DNA of 32,000 nt from Mycobacterium leprae TN (GTDB lineage Bacteria; Actinomycetota; Actinomycetes; Mycobacteriales; Mycobacteriaceae): the NCBI RefSeq assembly GCF_000195855.1, contig NC_002677.1, positions 2,550,001-2,582,000 on the forward strand, in the 5' to 3' direction. Within the stretch, counting starts at the first letter, position 1. Every line of letters starts with the position of its first letter. The notes beneath the pieces are model-generated. The model did not search any database. It was not told the origin of the DNA and was given only the letters and a program-made list of their open reading frames with translations. Both the position numbers and the translations under genes were made by a program. Shown in pieces: positions 18,040 to 27,799 of the stretch.

Positions 18040-19155
18040 AGTACAGCGCGGGTTTGATGATCCCCAACTTGTCCGGCGACGTCGTGCAGGCTGGCACGCT
18101 GCTGCACCCTGCTGAAGAAACAGGTCCCGAACGACTCTCTTGGATGTGCCGTCGGGTGCCTGACGGAGGCTATTCACTACAACAAGCGTAACTGACTTAC
18201 CGATAGGTAAGCACGGGTGGTTAAGCTTACCAAACGTTAAGTAGGTGAGGAGCTTGTCGGAGAATTCAGCGAAGTTGGGCGTGCTGCCGCGGATCGAGGC
18301 GCTGGCCACCAGAACGAACGCCGAGACGAATTTGGCCGCGAGGGCCACGCGCCGACTGGTCCGCATAGATATCCACCAAGGCTGTAGGCAGCCTGTATCC
18401 GACAGGCACGTGTGCAATCGTGCGTGACAATCTTAGCGAGGCGTACTACGACGTCGGCTGCGACCACATCGAGTACCTAGTTCGGTAACTCTGATCACGG
18501 CCACGCACCCCCGACAGCGAGGTGACCTTCGAGCGCGCGACGCCACGCAAGTCCGACTTCGTGGTAGGAACCCCGGCGGGCTGCACTCAAACGTTCGTCC
18601 CCTGTTTTCGGTGAGGATTCCGGGCATACCCAATTCCTTGGTGGGTACCGGGTGGTGGAGTCGTTGCCGAAAAAGCTTTGCACACGAAGACCAGATGTGA
18701 TCAGTCACATCGACGCTGGCCGTCTAGCGGCGATCTACACTGCGCAACCCCTCGACGATGCACGCAATGTTCCTGTTCCGCACCGAAAACGAACTCAAGT
18801 ATCACTACCGAGATTCCTTGCGTCAGCAGGAGTTGCTGCGCGCGGGGTTGACCAAGATACATACGCAGATGAACAACTGGCTTAGCAAGCCCGAACGGGC
18901 ACCCACAGCATTCTATTTCTACTCGATCACTCATTGGCAGCTAGCCAGCTGGCCGCGCGGACGAATCGTGCTAGCCAGTGACGCCTACTACACTGCCCGG
19001 GGCCCGCGGTGGATGGCAACACCAGTCTTTCGATACTCAGCGCTTACGTGCTAACAGGCAAACGGAACATCTACGAACGGCAGATAGTTGTTCCCGTGCG
19101 CAGCCCCCAGGTTATGTTTCGACGCTAGGACCGGCCGAACGCGACCAAAAACCAA
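18040..19155 (+). pseudogene. FAD-dependent aromatic-ring-hydroxylase-type monooxygenase pseudogene
   Basis: 'AGLMIPNLSGDVVQAGTLL' is a decayed Rossmann 'VLIxGASIAGPxLAYWL'. 'AKLGVLPRIEA' follows. 'FLFRTENELKYHYRDSLRQQELLRAGL..AFYFYSITHWQLASWPRGRIVLASDAYY' matches the family block '..fYFDsisQv.m..WsrGRVvLvGDAaY'. Many frame changes are present, and the remnant runs up to the fadB stop. Confidence 0.6.
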
Positions 19156-19160
19156 AACGA

Positions 19161-21305
19161 CTATAGCAGCGACTCCGGCGGCAGAAAGCGATCGCCGTAC
19201 TTGGCCACCAGCTCACGGGCTCGGGACACGAAGGCCTGCTGGCCGGTACCGGCCGGGCCAGAGTAGCCGGCGATAAACTGCGCGCTGCCACCGGTCCACG
19301 GCGGGAAACCGATACCCATGATGGACCCGATATTGGCGTCGGCAGTGGACGTCAGCACGTTCTCATCGAGGCACTTCTGAGTTTCCAGCGCCTCGGCGAA
19401 CAGCATCCGGTCGATCATGTCCTGCAACGGCGGCTGCGACGAGCCCGACTTGAACGTCTCCCGCAGACCGAGCCACAACCCGGACCGCTTGCCGTCAACG
19501 TACTCGTAAAAGCCGGCACCCTTCAAGCGCCCGGACCGGCCGAGCTTAATCATCTTCTCCACCACGGTTTCTGCCGGGTGCGACTCATACATGCCGCCGG
19601 CATCCTCGACACCCTTGCGGGTAGCGATCGCGATCTTGTGCATGAGCTCCAGATTCAGCTCGTCGGACAACTGCAGCGGCGGCGCCGGGTAGCCAGCCTG
19701 CGCACCTGCCTGTTCAATGCTGGATGGTTCCACCCCCTCACCGAGCATCGCCAGCGCCTCGTTGACAAAAGTGCCGATCACCCGCGAAGTGAAGAAGCCG
19801 CGGCTGTCGTTGACCACAATCGGGGTCTTGCCAATAGCCAGGGCGTAGTCGAACACCCGGGCCAGTGCCTCGTCCGAGGTCTTCTCGCCCTTGATGATTT
19901 CGACCAGCGGCATCTTGTCGACCGGAGAGAAGAAGTGGATCCCGATAAAGTCCTCCTGCCGCTTGACGCCGGTCGCCAGACCGGTAATCGGCAACGTCGA
20001 GGTGTTCGACCCGAGTACCGCATTGGGGTCGACGATGTCTTCGATCTCCTGGAACACCTTGTGCTTGAGTTCCTGGTTCTCGAAGACGGCTTCGATCACG
20101 AAGTCAACGCCCTTGAGATCAGTAGGGTCGCCTGTCGGGGCGATGCACGCCAGCAGAACGTCGCTCTTCTCCTGCGTAGTGCGGCCCCGCTCTAGCGCCT
20201 TGGCTTCCAGCTTCTCCGAGTAGCTCTTGCCCTTCTGCGCGGCCTCAAGACTCACATCCTTAAGCACCACGTTGTAGCCCGCCTTGGCCGAGACGTAGGC
20301 TATACCGGCGCCCATCATACCCGCACCCAGCACACCGATCTTCTTGATCGGGGTTTTACCAATGCCGTCGGGTCGAGACCCACCGGAATTGATGTGCTGC
20401 AGATCTAAGAAAAACGCTTGGATCATGTTCTTGGCGACCTGGCCGGTGACCAGCGAAACGAAGTAGCGGCTCTCAATACGGCTGGCGGTGTCGAAGTCGA
20501 CCTGCGCGCCCTCGACCGCGGCGGCCAAGATGGCCCTCGGGGCCGGCATCGGCGCGCCCTTGAGCTGCTTGCGTAACAGCGACGGGAATGACGGCAGAAT
20601 GGCCGCCAACCCTGGCGAGGTCGGAGTACCACCGGGCATCTCGTAGCTCTTCTTGTCCCACGGCTGCTCGTGCGCTTCCGGGTTGGCCTTGATCCACGCC
20701 TTAGCCGCGGGCACCAGCTCCTCGACTGTTGACAACAGCTCGTCGACCAGCCCGATCTCCTTAGCCTTGGCAGGCTTAAAGCGGGTGCCCTGTGACAGAA
20801 TGTTGACGAACGCGTTCTGGATGCCAAACATCCGCACCGTGCGGGTCACCCCACCGCCGCCGGGCAACAGCCCCAGCGTCACTTCAGGCAAGCCGAGCTG
20901 ACTGCCCTTGACGTCGGCAGCGATCCGGTGATGACATGCGAGCGCGATCTCCAGACCGCCGCCCAGCGCGGCACCGTTGATGGCGGCAACGACCGGCTTG
21001 CCCAGCGTTTCCAGGGTGCGCAATTGTTTCTTGACCGTCTCGACAGTGTCGAAGCATTGCCCGGCCTCTTCTGATCCAGTATTGATCATCGCGGTGAGGT
21101 CACCGCCGGCAAAGAAAGTCCTTTTAGCGCTGGTTATAACCACACCGGTAATCGAATCTTTTTCCGCAACAATGCGATCCACCGCATTGCCCATCGATTC
21201 GATGTAAATCTCGTTCATAACGTTGGCCGACCTGGACGGGTCGTTCATTGTCAGCGTGACAATACCGTCGGCGTCCTTACTCCACTGAATTGCAGTGTCT
21301 GCCAT
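19161..21305 (-). CDS. fadB: fatty-acid oxidation multifunctional protein FadB (enoyl-CoA hydratase / 3-hydroxyacyl-CoA dehydrogenase), 714 aa
   Basis: Crotonase-fold N-terminus: 'FFAGGDL..AAINGAALGGGLEIALACH'. NAD-binding site: 'IGVLGAGMMGAGIAYVSA'. HADH signature: 'IGIHFFSPVDKMPLVEI'. Start is the ATG at 21305 (MADTAIQWSKDADGIVTLTMNDP), with GAGAGGG upstream. The 23-codon ORF-track extension overlaps fadA and is rejected. Confidence 0.95.
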   Translation of the reverse strand: MADTAIQWSKDADGIVTLTMNDPSRSANVMNEIYIESMGNAVDRIVAEKDSITGVVITSAKRTFFAGGDLTAMINTGSEEAGQCFDTVETVKKQLRTLETLGKPVVAAINGAALGGGLEIALACHHRIAADVKGSQLGLPEVTLGLLPGGGGVTRTVRMFGIQNAFVNILSQGTRFKPAKAKEIGLVDELLSTVEELVPAAKAWIKANPEAHEQPWDKKSYEMPGGTPTSPGLAAILPSFPSLLRKQLKGAPMPAPRAILAAAVEGAQVDFDTASRIESRYFVSLVTGQVAKNMIQAFFLDLQHINSGGSRPDGIGKTPIKKIGVLGAGMMGAGIAYVSAKAGYNVVLKDVSLEAAQKGKSYSEKLEAKALERGRTTQEKSDVLLACIAPTGDPTDLKGVDFVIEAVFENQELKHKVFQEIEDIVDPNAVLGSNTSTLPITGLATGVKRQEDFIGIHFFSPVDKMPLVEIIKGEKTSDEALARVFDYALAIGKTPIVVNDSRGFFTSRVIGTFVNEALAMLGEGVEPSSIEQAGAQAGYPAPPLQLSDELNLELMHKIAIATRKGVEDAGGMYESHPAETVVEKMIKLGRSGRLKGAGFYEYVDGKRSGLWLGLRETFKSGSSQPPLQDMIDRMLFAEALETQKCLDENVLTSTADANIGSIMGIGFPPWTGGSAQFIAGYSGPAGTGQQAFVSRARELVAKYGDRFLPPESLL

Positions 21306-21309
21306 GCTA

Positions 21310-22521
21310 TTAAACCCTCTCGATGATGGTGGCAACACCCATGCCGGCGCCGATACATAGCGTGACGAGCGCACGCCGCGCGTTGCAGCGCTCCAGTTCG
21401 TCGACCATGGTCCCGAGGATCATCGCGCCGGTGGCACCCAGCGGGTGACCCATCGCGATAGCACCGCCGTTGACGTTGAGCTTCTCGTCCGGAATGTTCA
21501 GGTCTTTCTGGAATTTCAGAACCACCGACGCAAACGCCTCGTTTAACTCGAACAGGTCGATGTCATCAACAGTCAACCCGGCGCGGTCGAGCACCTTGCG
21601 GGTGGCGGGGGTGGGGCCGGTCAGCATGATGACCGGGTCGGCCCCACTGGTAGCGGTGGCTACCATGCGCGCCCGCGGAGTCAGGCCCTGGGACTTGCCA
21701 ACAGCTTCGCTGCCAATCATCACCAGTGCCGCGCCGTCGACGATGCCGGAGCTGTTACCTCCGGTGTGAACGTGGTTGATCTTCTCCACCCAGTGATATT
21801 TCTGCAGGGCCACGTCGTCGAAACCACCCATCGCGGCAAGACCCTCGAAGGCGGGCTTCAGCTTGGCCAGGCCCTCCTTGGAGGTGTCGGGCCGCATGTG
21901 CTCGTCGTGATCGAGGATCAACAGACCATTCTGGTCGCGCACCGGAACCACCGACTTGGCGAAGTAGCCGCCCGACCACGCGGCCGCGGCCTTCTCCTGG
22001 CTGCGCAACGCATAGACGTCGACGTCATCACGCGAGAAGCCCTCGATGGTGGCGATCAGGTCGGCACCAATGCCCTGCGGGACGAACATGACGTCGTAGT
22101 TAGTCGCCGGGTCCAAGCCCATCGCGCCGCCATCGGATCCCATCGGCACCCGGCTCATCGACTCCACACCGCCAGCCAGAACCAGGTCATCCCAGCCAGA
22201 GCGCACCTTCTGCGCGGCGGTGTTAACGGCTTCAAGCCCCGATGCGCAGAACCGGTTGAGCTGCACCCCGCCTGCGGTGACAGGCAGGCCAGCGGCCAGC
22301 ACCGTGGCGCGGGCAATGTCACCGCCCTGATCGCCCACCGGTGAGACGCATCCCAAGATGACGTCGCTGATCAGGTTCTCATCGAGATCGGGGTTTCGCT
22401 TACGCAATTCCTCGACTAGCCCAACGACCAGGCTTACCGGCTTGACCTCGTGCAACGATCCGTTCTTCTGCTTACCGCGAGGGGTGCGGATGGCCTCATA
22501 GATGAAAGCTTCTTCGGACAT
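21310..22521 (-). CDS. fadA: acetyl-CoA acyltransferase / 3-ketoacyl-CoA thiolase FadA, 403 aa
   Basis: Thiolase signatures: '[15 protein letters not shown]' (active-site Cys), '[18 protein letters not shown]' and '[16 protein letters not shown]'. AGGAAG lies 6 nt upstream of the ATG. The stop is 4 nt before the fadB ATG. Confidence 0.95.
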   Translation of the reverse strand: MSEEAFIYEAIRTPRGKQKNGSLHEVKPVSLVVGLVEELRKRNPDLDENLISDVILGCVSPVGDQGGDIARATVLAAGLPVTAGGVQLNRFCASGLEAVNTAAQKVRSGWDDLVLAGGVESMSRVPMGSDGGAMGLDPATNYDVMFVPQGIGADLIATIEGFSRDDVDVYALRSQEKAAAAWSGGYFAKSVVPVRDQNGLLILDHDEHMRPDTSKEGLAKLKPAFEGLAAMGGFDDVALQKYHWVEKINHVHTGGNSSGIVDGAALVMIGSEAVGKSQGLTPRARMVATATSGADPVIMLTGPTPATRKVLDRAGLTVDDIDLFELNEAFASVVLKFQKDLNIPDEKLNVNGGAIAMGHPLGATGAMILGTMVDELERCNARRALVTLCIGAGMGVATIIERV

Positions 22522-22679
22522 GTCGGCTTCCTGTTCGCAAAAAAATTTAATTTACTATTGATGTGGGCGGTTAGATTCCGTCTTAAAGACTAGGAACTAG
22601 TACAGTACAGGCACACTAACAGTAGGGTTCGGCCAACCTGTTGGTTGGGCAAGGTTGCGCTGGTCAGCGACCGAACGTG

Positions 22680-23910
22680 GCACTACGGTCGTGCTGGCAG
22701 CGACACTCCATAAAGCTCAATTGCCATAACAGTGACGCGACTACGCCCCTAAGCAACCACGGTGTTCGCTGAAATGTCAGCTCTAGCTGCACGCATCGGC
22801 GCAGTGAACCTCGGGCACGACTTCCCAACGAGGACGGACCGCCAGCGATGCTGAGGGCCGCGTAAGACGCCATCACCGACGAAGTCAATTAAATACCCAC
22901 CGGGGATAGGCATCGCTGGGCTGCGGCAGGCCATCACCGCGCAATGCCAGCAGCATTTTGGCGTCGAGTACGATCCCAGACACCTAAGGTTCTTACAACG
23001 GTTGGAGCCACCGAGGCTATCGGAGGGGCGGTGATCGGCCTGATCGAACCCGGATCGCTAAAGTAATTCTACTCGAGCCGTTCTACGACAGCGGTAGCGA
23101 TGGCTGCCGCTAATCGGGTAGCCATACCACATGGTACCCGGTGGCTGCGGCTTTGCGCTGGATGCCGACGCATTTCGACAGGCGCTGACACCTCGGACCC
23201 GCACGTTGATTGTAAACTCACCATACAACCCCCACCGGCGCGGTGCTGAGCGCGACCGAATTAGCCGAGATAGCGGAGCTAGCCGTGGCGGCAGACCTGT
23301 TGGTCATTACCGATGAAGTTTATGAGCACCTGGTGTTCGAAAAACGAAAACACTTGCAGCTGGTTGGCTTTGACGGCATGGTCGAAAGCACAATCACCAT
23401 TTCCAGCGCGGCTAAGATGTTCAACTGCACCGGCTGGAAGATCGGGTGGCCTGCGGAACAACAGATCTCATCGCCGGGGAGCTATCGGCAAAACAGTACC
23501 TGAGCTACGTCGGCGGCGCGCCGTTTCAGCCAGCGGTAACCTTGGCGTTGGACACCGAAGACGCCTAGGTGACCAGGCCTCGGAGTTCGTTGCAAGACAG
23601 ACACGATCGGCTGTCGTCGGTGCCGACCGAGATTGGCTTCAAATTGTACAACAGCTACGGCACGTACTTCCTCTGCGCCGACCCGCGTCCGCTAGGTTAC
23701 GACGACAGCGCGGCGTTCTGCTCGGCCCTGCTGGAAAAGGCTGGAATGGACGCCATCTCAAATGTCGGCATTCTGCGATCCGGCAGCCGAGCACACCTCA
23801 AAACAAGCCGACGTGTGGAATCACCTGGTGCACTTTATCTTCTGCAAACGCGACGACACTCTCGATTAGGCAATCAGGCGACTCTCCGTGCTTAAGAACG
23901 GATACACTAC
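22680..23910 (+). pseudogene. dapC: class-I aminotransferase (dapC / Rv0858c-like) pseudogene
   Basis: Blocks read in shifting frames are listed in order.
- 'TTVFAEMSALAARIGAVNLGHDFPNEDGPPAMLRAA*DAI'
- 'GIAGLRQAITAQCQQHFGVEYDP'
- 'VLSATELAEIAELAVAADLLVITDEVYEHLVFEKRKHLQLVGFDGMVESTITISSAAKMFNCTGWKIGW'
- 'YLSYVGGAPFQPAVTLALDTED'
- 'LVHFIFCKRDDTLD*AIRRLSVL'
Several in-frame stops and frameshifts are present. Confidence 0.75.
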
Positions 23911-23914
23911 TTAT

Positions 23915-24390
23915 AGATCCGTCCGCACTCATGACGAAGTTCCACAGGACTTCCGTTGCGGCTTTAAATACTTTAAACTCAAGACCTCGCTTAAGCAGAA
24001 ACTCCGGCAGCGGCGCTGACGGCTCTATGGTGATGGCGAAACACACCCACATCTTGTCCCCACCCACCTATCGCAGGGTGTACGCGACGCGCTGGCCACG
24101 CTGGTATTTTAAAGTCTTGTAGGCATCCCACACCACCCAGTAGAATTCGGCCAGTGTCCGATTCGGCAATCCCGACCACTTCGACCGCAACCTTGACATG
24201 ATGCAGCCACCCACCGGGATTTAGGTGTCGATGACTTCAGCATTCTTGTACACCAACGACCAAAACGGGCACTGACCCGATATCAGCTAACGCCTTTAGA
24301 ATCCCTTCCAGGTAAACATAAATGATGATTTCCCGCGGCGCTTGTAAAAGCCACTAACTTCTAGGCGAGCAACAGGGTCCTGCCCGCACA
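23915..24390 (-). pseudogene. SRPBCC/polyketide-cyclase-like small protein (Rv0856/Rv0857-like) remnant
   Basis: 'KTLKYQRGQRVAYTLR*VGGDKMWVCFAITIEPSAPLPEFLLKRGLEFKVFKAATEVLWNFV' resembles the C-terminal half of SRPBCC proteins. It is interrupted by stops. The assignment rests mainly on pattern and synteny. Confidence 0.35.
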
Positions 24391-24399
24391 GGGCGAATG

Positions 24400-25469
24400 G
24401 GCAACGATTCTGTTACCAACCAATTACGACAATCAGTGTCACGGTGCCAGTCGGCGGGCAAACCGCGGAGCCGGCACAGCCTGGTCAAACCATGAGAGAT
24501 GATCACCGTCGACCGGGCTCTCAGATGGTCGTTGCTCGCGGCTTCACTTCACGTCAACATCGGTGTGACGCAAGCATCGGGACCAGAGAAAACCAGTGGT
24601 CCCTGGTCTTGGGTTCTGGTCTGACTGGGCGAACCGCTGCGCAAAGATCTCGCTCATCTGTTGATACGAAGCGTATGTCAAGCAGACTCGATGGCGCCGA
24701 CGGCCATAATATCTACAACCGGCGATCTCATAGCAACTAGAAAACGGGGCACTGCCGTAAAGCAGAAATTACTCGCGCCCGTCACGCAGAACGCAGGTCA
24801 ACTTCATGGCCCACATCATCTGGGGAAAAACGCTGACCCCGTCGACCATAGCGGCGTCGACGACTTACCCCCTCCCTACCGGAACATGCTGATTAATCTC
24901 ATTAATTAGAGTTTAAATATAACGCTACCACGATACCCAGCAACACCAGCATCGAGCCGCAGTCGAAGTCGACGACCAGGTTCAGCGGCAGCATCGGTGG
25001 CCGATCGCGGTATCTCAGCGCCAAAAGCGCACCGGTCGGCGCGAGGTAGTTGATGTCCGTGACCCGCCGTCGATACCAACGGTCCGTATTGTCCCCAACC
25101 TGTAATACGCCGCGAAGATCAGTCGGAGGTTAATCGCCGCGCACTCGCCGGGACCGATACCAAATCGCTCGCAGGTGCAGGCCGGAAACAATCCGGCAAT
25201 ACATCAGCCTTGGCTGCCAGCTCCAATAGCGCAATAGCGCCCGACGGCGTATTGACGTCCAGGTCGACAATCCGCTTTCCACGGTGCAGCAGATCGCGAT
25301 CTTCGGACGGCATCGTCAGTCCGCCGGGACGGCGCACCCGCACCACGTTAGCGCCGAGGTCAGCCAGCACCATCCCTGCATGCGACCCCGGTCCGATGCC
25401 AGTGAGTTCGATTACCTTGGCCCCGGCCAGGGGACTACCAAAGTTCACGGTGACTATTTGACCTCTCAT
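24400..25469 (-). pseudogene. far: family-III CoA-transferase / fatty-acyl-CoA racemase (far/mcr-like) pseudogene
   Basis: The first ~115 codons are intact: 'GPLAGAKVIELTGIGPGSHAGMVLADLGANVVRVRRPGG'. Then come 'RITGWGQYGP', 'VVDAAMVDG', 'AVGAIE', 'SGPDACVTPML' and 'VPAPRF' in different frames with stops. Confidence 0.7.
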
Positions 25470-25499
25470 CACCTGCAGCACTCAACCTGCACACCGCTT

Positions 25500-25900
25500 C
25501 GATCGACTCGTTTACCACGCTTTTGAGCACAAAACCAGACAGACAATGGTACCACCGGGTTGACACTGATTCTCGAACTTGACCACAGTGCTATCACCCT
25601 TGAGAGACAACTTAATTAATTCTTAATTAATTCGCATTTTGCAAATGCTGCACCGAAGAGTTGACCAGCGTCCAGCTCATCACCGTTGTCACTTCAGGTG
25701 TATGGCACCACCTGTTAGTCGGTGACGCCCACGGCCTTGACTTTACATCTTAACTTTGCTGGTCTGCCCGTCTCGGGCACCCAGGCGCCCTGATACGCAG
25801 CTGACCACTTGGGTATCGTTTCGATAGCGACGATGACGTCGAGAACCTCTGCAGAACTTGACTTCGATTACGACGTCGCGGGATCCGTTGATTGCCGTGG
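25500..25900 (-). pseudogene. SRPBCC-family small protein (Rv0854-like) pseudogene
   Basis: 'SAEVLDVIVAIETIPKWSAAYQGAWVPETGRPAKLRCKVKAVGVTD*QVVPYT' follows the typical SRPBCC 'eevfdvl.d.e.yPeW......v.v...d..Grp'. The C-terminal 'GDSTVVKFENQ' is reached only after stops and frameshifts, including the 11-bp duplication. Confidence 0.45.
25611..25632. repeat. perfect tandem duplication 2 x 11 bp (CTTAATTAATT), followed by the inverted repeat GCATTT-TGC-AAATGC (25634-25648)
   Basis: Copies at 25611-25621 and 25622-25632 are identical. The duplication lies within the Rv0854-like remnant and is frame-disrupting. Confidence 0.95.
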
Positions 25901-25964
25901 CCCGCACGATAGCGAACCGGAGCCCGGCCTGGAGTAGTTCCTACCAAAGCGTACCGTCGTCTTC

Positions 25965-27674
25965 GTGACCGCCCCCAAGATTGAAGCCGTCTATACCGTC
26001 GGCGCCTACCTGCTTGACCGCCTCGCTGAACTCGGTGTCACAGAGATCTTCGGCGTACCCGGCGATTACACCCTGGAATTTCTCGACCATATCGTTGCCC
26101 ATCCGACCATCAGATGGGTGGGCAACGCAAACGAACTGAACGCCGGATACGCTGCAGATGGGTATGGACGTTTACGCGGAATATCCGCTTTAGTGACGAC
26201 ATTCGGAGTTGGCGAACTCTCGGCAGCCAACGCGATAGCGGGTAGCTACGCTGAGCATGTGCCCGTCGTTCACATTGTCGGCGCCCCCCCTAAAGACGCG
26301 CAAAGCACCCACCGAGCGCTACACCACTCGCTAGGCGATGGGGACTTCGAGCACTTCATCCGGATTAGCAGCGAAATAACTTGCTCCCAAGCTAATCTCA
26401 CAACAGCTACAGCATGCAAGGAGATTGATCGGGTACTCAGCGAAGTGCGGAAGCACAAACGTCCCGGATACATACTACTGTCCACCGACGTAGCTCGCTT
26501 CCCTACCGAACCACCCGCCGCCCCATTGCCGGGCCATACCGACGGCACCAGCCCGCGTGCGCTGTCGCTGTTCATCGATGCCGCCACCAAACTCATTGCC
26601 GATAAGCGGATGACGGTGCTGGCGGACTTGCTGGTCCATCGGTTGCAAGTGGTCAAAGAGCTCGAGACGTTGCTGACGGCCGACGTGGTGCCGTACGCCA
26701 CGTTAATGTGGGGCAAAAGTCTGCTCGACGAGAGCTCACCTAACTTCCTGGGGATCTATGCCGGGGCTGCTAGCACCGAAGCGGTCCGCGCGGCGATTGA
26801 GCAGGCACCTGTGCTGGTGACCGCCGGGGTGGTTTTTACCGACATGGTCAGTGGTTTCTTCAGCCAGCGGATCGACCCAGCCCGGACCATCGACGTCGGG
26901 CAGTACCAGAGCAGTGTGGCCGATAAGGTCTTCACTCCACTGGAAATGGGTGACGCGCTTGAGGCATTAGCGTCAATCCTGGTGCGCCGCGGTGTCAGCT
27001 CGCCACCAGTGGAATTACCTCCTGGCAACCCAACTGCGGACACACCATCACCCACTCAACGGCTGACCCAACAGATCTTGTGGGACAGGCTCTGTGCAGC
27101 GCTCACACCGGGAAACGTGGTACTAGCCGATCAGGGAACCGCGTTCTATGGCATGGTGGAACACCGGTTGCCGCGAGGAGTGACTTTCATCGGTCAACCC
27201 CTTTGGGGTTCAATCGGTTACACGCTGCCTGCAGCACTCGGTGCGGGGTTAGCGCATCGCAACCGCAGGACGGTGTTGCTGCTCGGCGACGGCGCCGCGC
27301 AACTGACGATCCAGGAGCTCGGCTCCTTCTACCGCGAGGGGTTGTCACCGGTCATTGTGGTAGTCAACAACGACGGCTATACAATCGAACGGGCGATACA
27401 TGGAGCAACAGCTCCCTACAATAACATTGCCAGATGGCGTTGGACCGACATCCCCGGTGCGCTGGGGGTAGCCAATCATTCGTCCTTCCGTGCAGAAACC
27501 TACGGTGAGCTCGACGAGGCCTTCGCCGTCGCCGCCGAGCTTAAGGATCAGATGGTTTTCGTCGAAGTCATCGTGCCTAAACTAGATCTTCCAAGCCTAT
27601 TGACTGCATTGACCCGGCCAGCGCAGGACAGCAATCGGATTTTTCAGTTGCCCAACCCAGGATGGGACAACTGA
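25965..27674 (+). CDS. pdc: thiamine-diphosphate-dependent alpha-keto-acid (indolepyruvate/pyruvate) decarboxylase, 569 aa
   Basis: '[63 protein letters not shown]' is present. The ThDP motif reads '[39 protein letters not shown]'. The ORF is uninterrupted and starts at the GTG at 25965; the SD is weak, so the start is +/- a few codons. Confidence 0.9.
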   Translation: MTAPKIEAVYTVGAYLLDRLAELGVTEIFGVPGDYTLEFLDHIVAHPTIRWVGNANELNAGYAADGYGRLRGISALVTTFGVGELSAANAIAGSYAEHVPVVHIVGAPPKDAQSTHRALHHSLGDGDFEHFIRISSEITCSQANLTTATACKEIDRVLSEVRKHKRPGYILLSTDVARFPTEPPAAPLPGHTDGTSPRALSLFIDAATKLIADKRMTVLADLLVHRLQVVKELETLLTADVVPYATLMWGKSLLDESSPNFLGIYAGAASTEAVRAAIEQAPVLVTAGVVFTDMVSGFFSQRIDPARTIDVGQYQSSVADKVFTPLEMGDALEALASILVRRGVSSPPVELPPGNPTADTPSPTQRLTQQILWDRLCAALTPGNVVLADQGTAFYGMVEHRLPRGVTFIGQPLWGSIGYTLPAALGAGLAHRNRRTVLLLGDGAAQLTIQELGSFYREGLSPVIVVVNNDGYTIERAIHGATAPYNNIARWRWTDIPGALGVANHSSFRAETYGELDEAFAVAAELKDQMVFVEVIVPKLDLPSLLTALTRPAQDSNRIFQLPNPGWDN

Positions 27675-27799
27675 AACAGGCTTGGTTACATAGGTAGATA
27701 AACATCGAGTGATCCGCTTACTCTGCCGCCTCGATGCGAATCATGTCGAACAACCGAACAACGAACAGCGGGGATAGGAGCCCACTCCCACTCTAGATA

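Noticed and set aside
18022-18417. A 131-aa minus-strand ORF with a signal-peptide-like start (MRTSRRVALAAKFVSAFVLVASA)
   Set aside because: The plus strand across the same bases reads as the N-terminal third of the FAD-monooxygenase pseudogene ('AKLGVLPRIEA..'). The minus ORF is most likely an antisense artefact.
21306-21374. The 23-codon upstream extension of fadB ([23 protein letters not shown])
   Set aside because: It overlaps the 3' end of fadA out of frame. The ATG at 21305 gives the conserved FadB N-terminus and has its own SD.
23313-24122. A 269-aa plus-strand ORF spanning the aminotransferase 3' half and beyond
   Set aside because: It is out of frame with the recognisable aminotransferase blocks and has an Arg/Ser-rich nonsense composition. 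It is an artefact of pseudogene frame drift.
24895-24930. An AT-rich patch with two ATTAAT palindromes (attaatctcattaattagagtttaaatataac)
   Set aside because: It lies inside the far/mcr pseudogene, where '..ALW..GKGQVVDAAMVDG' should be encoded. It looks like mutational AT drift in dead coding sequence, not a designed site.
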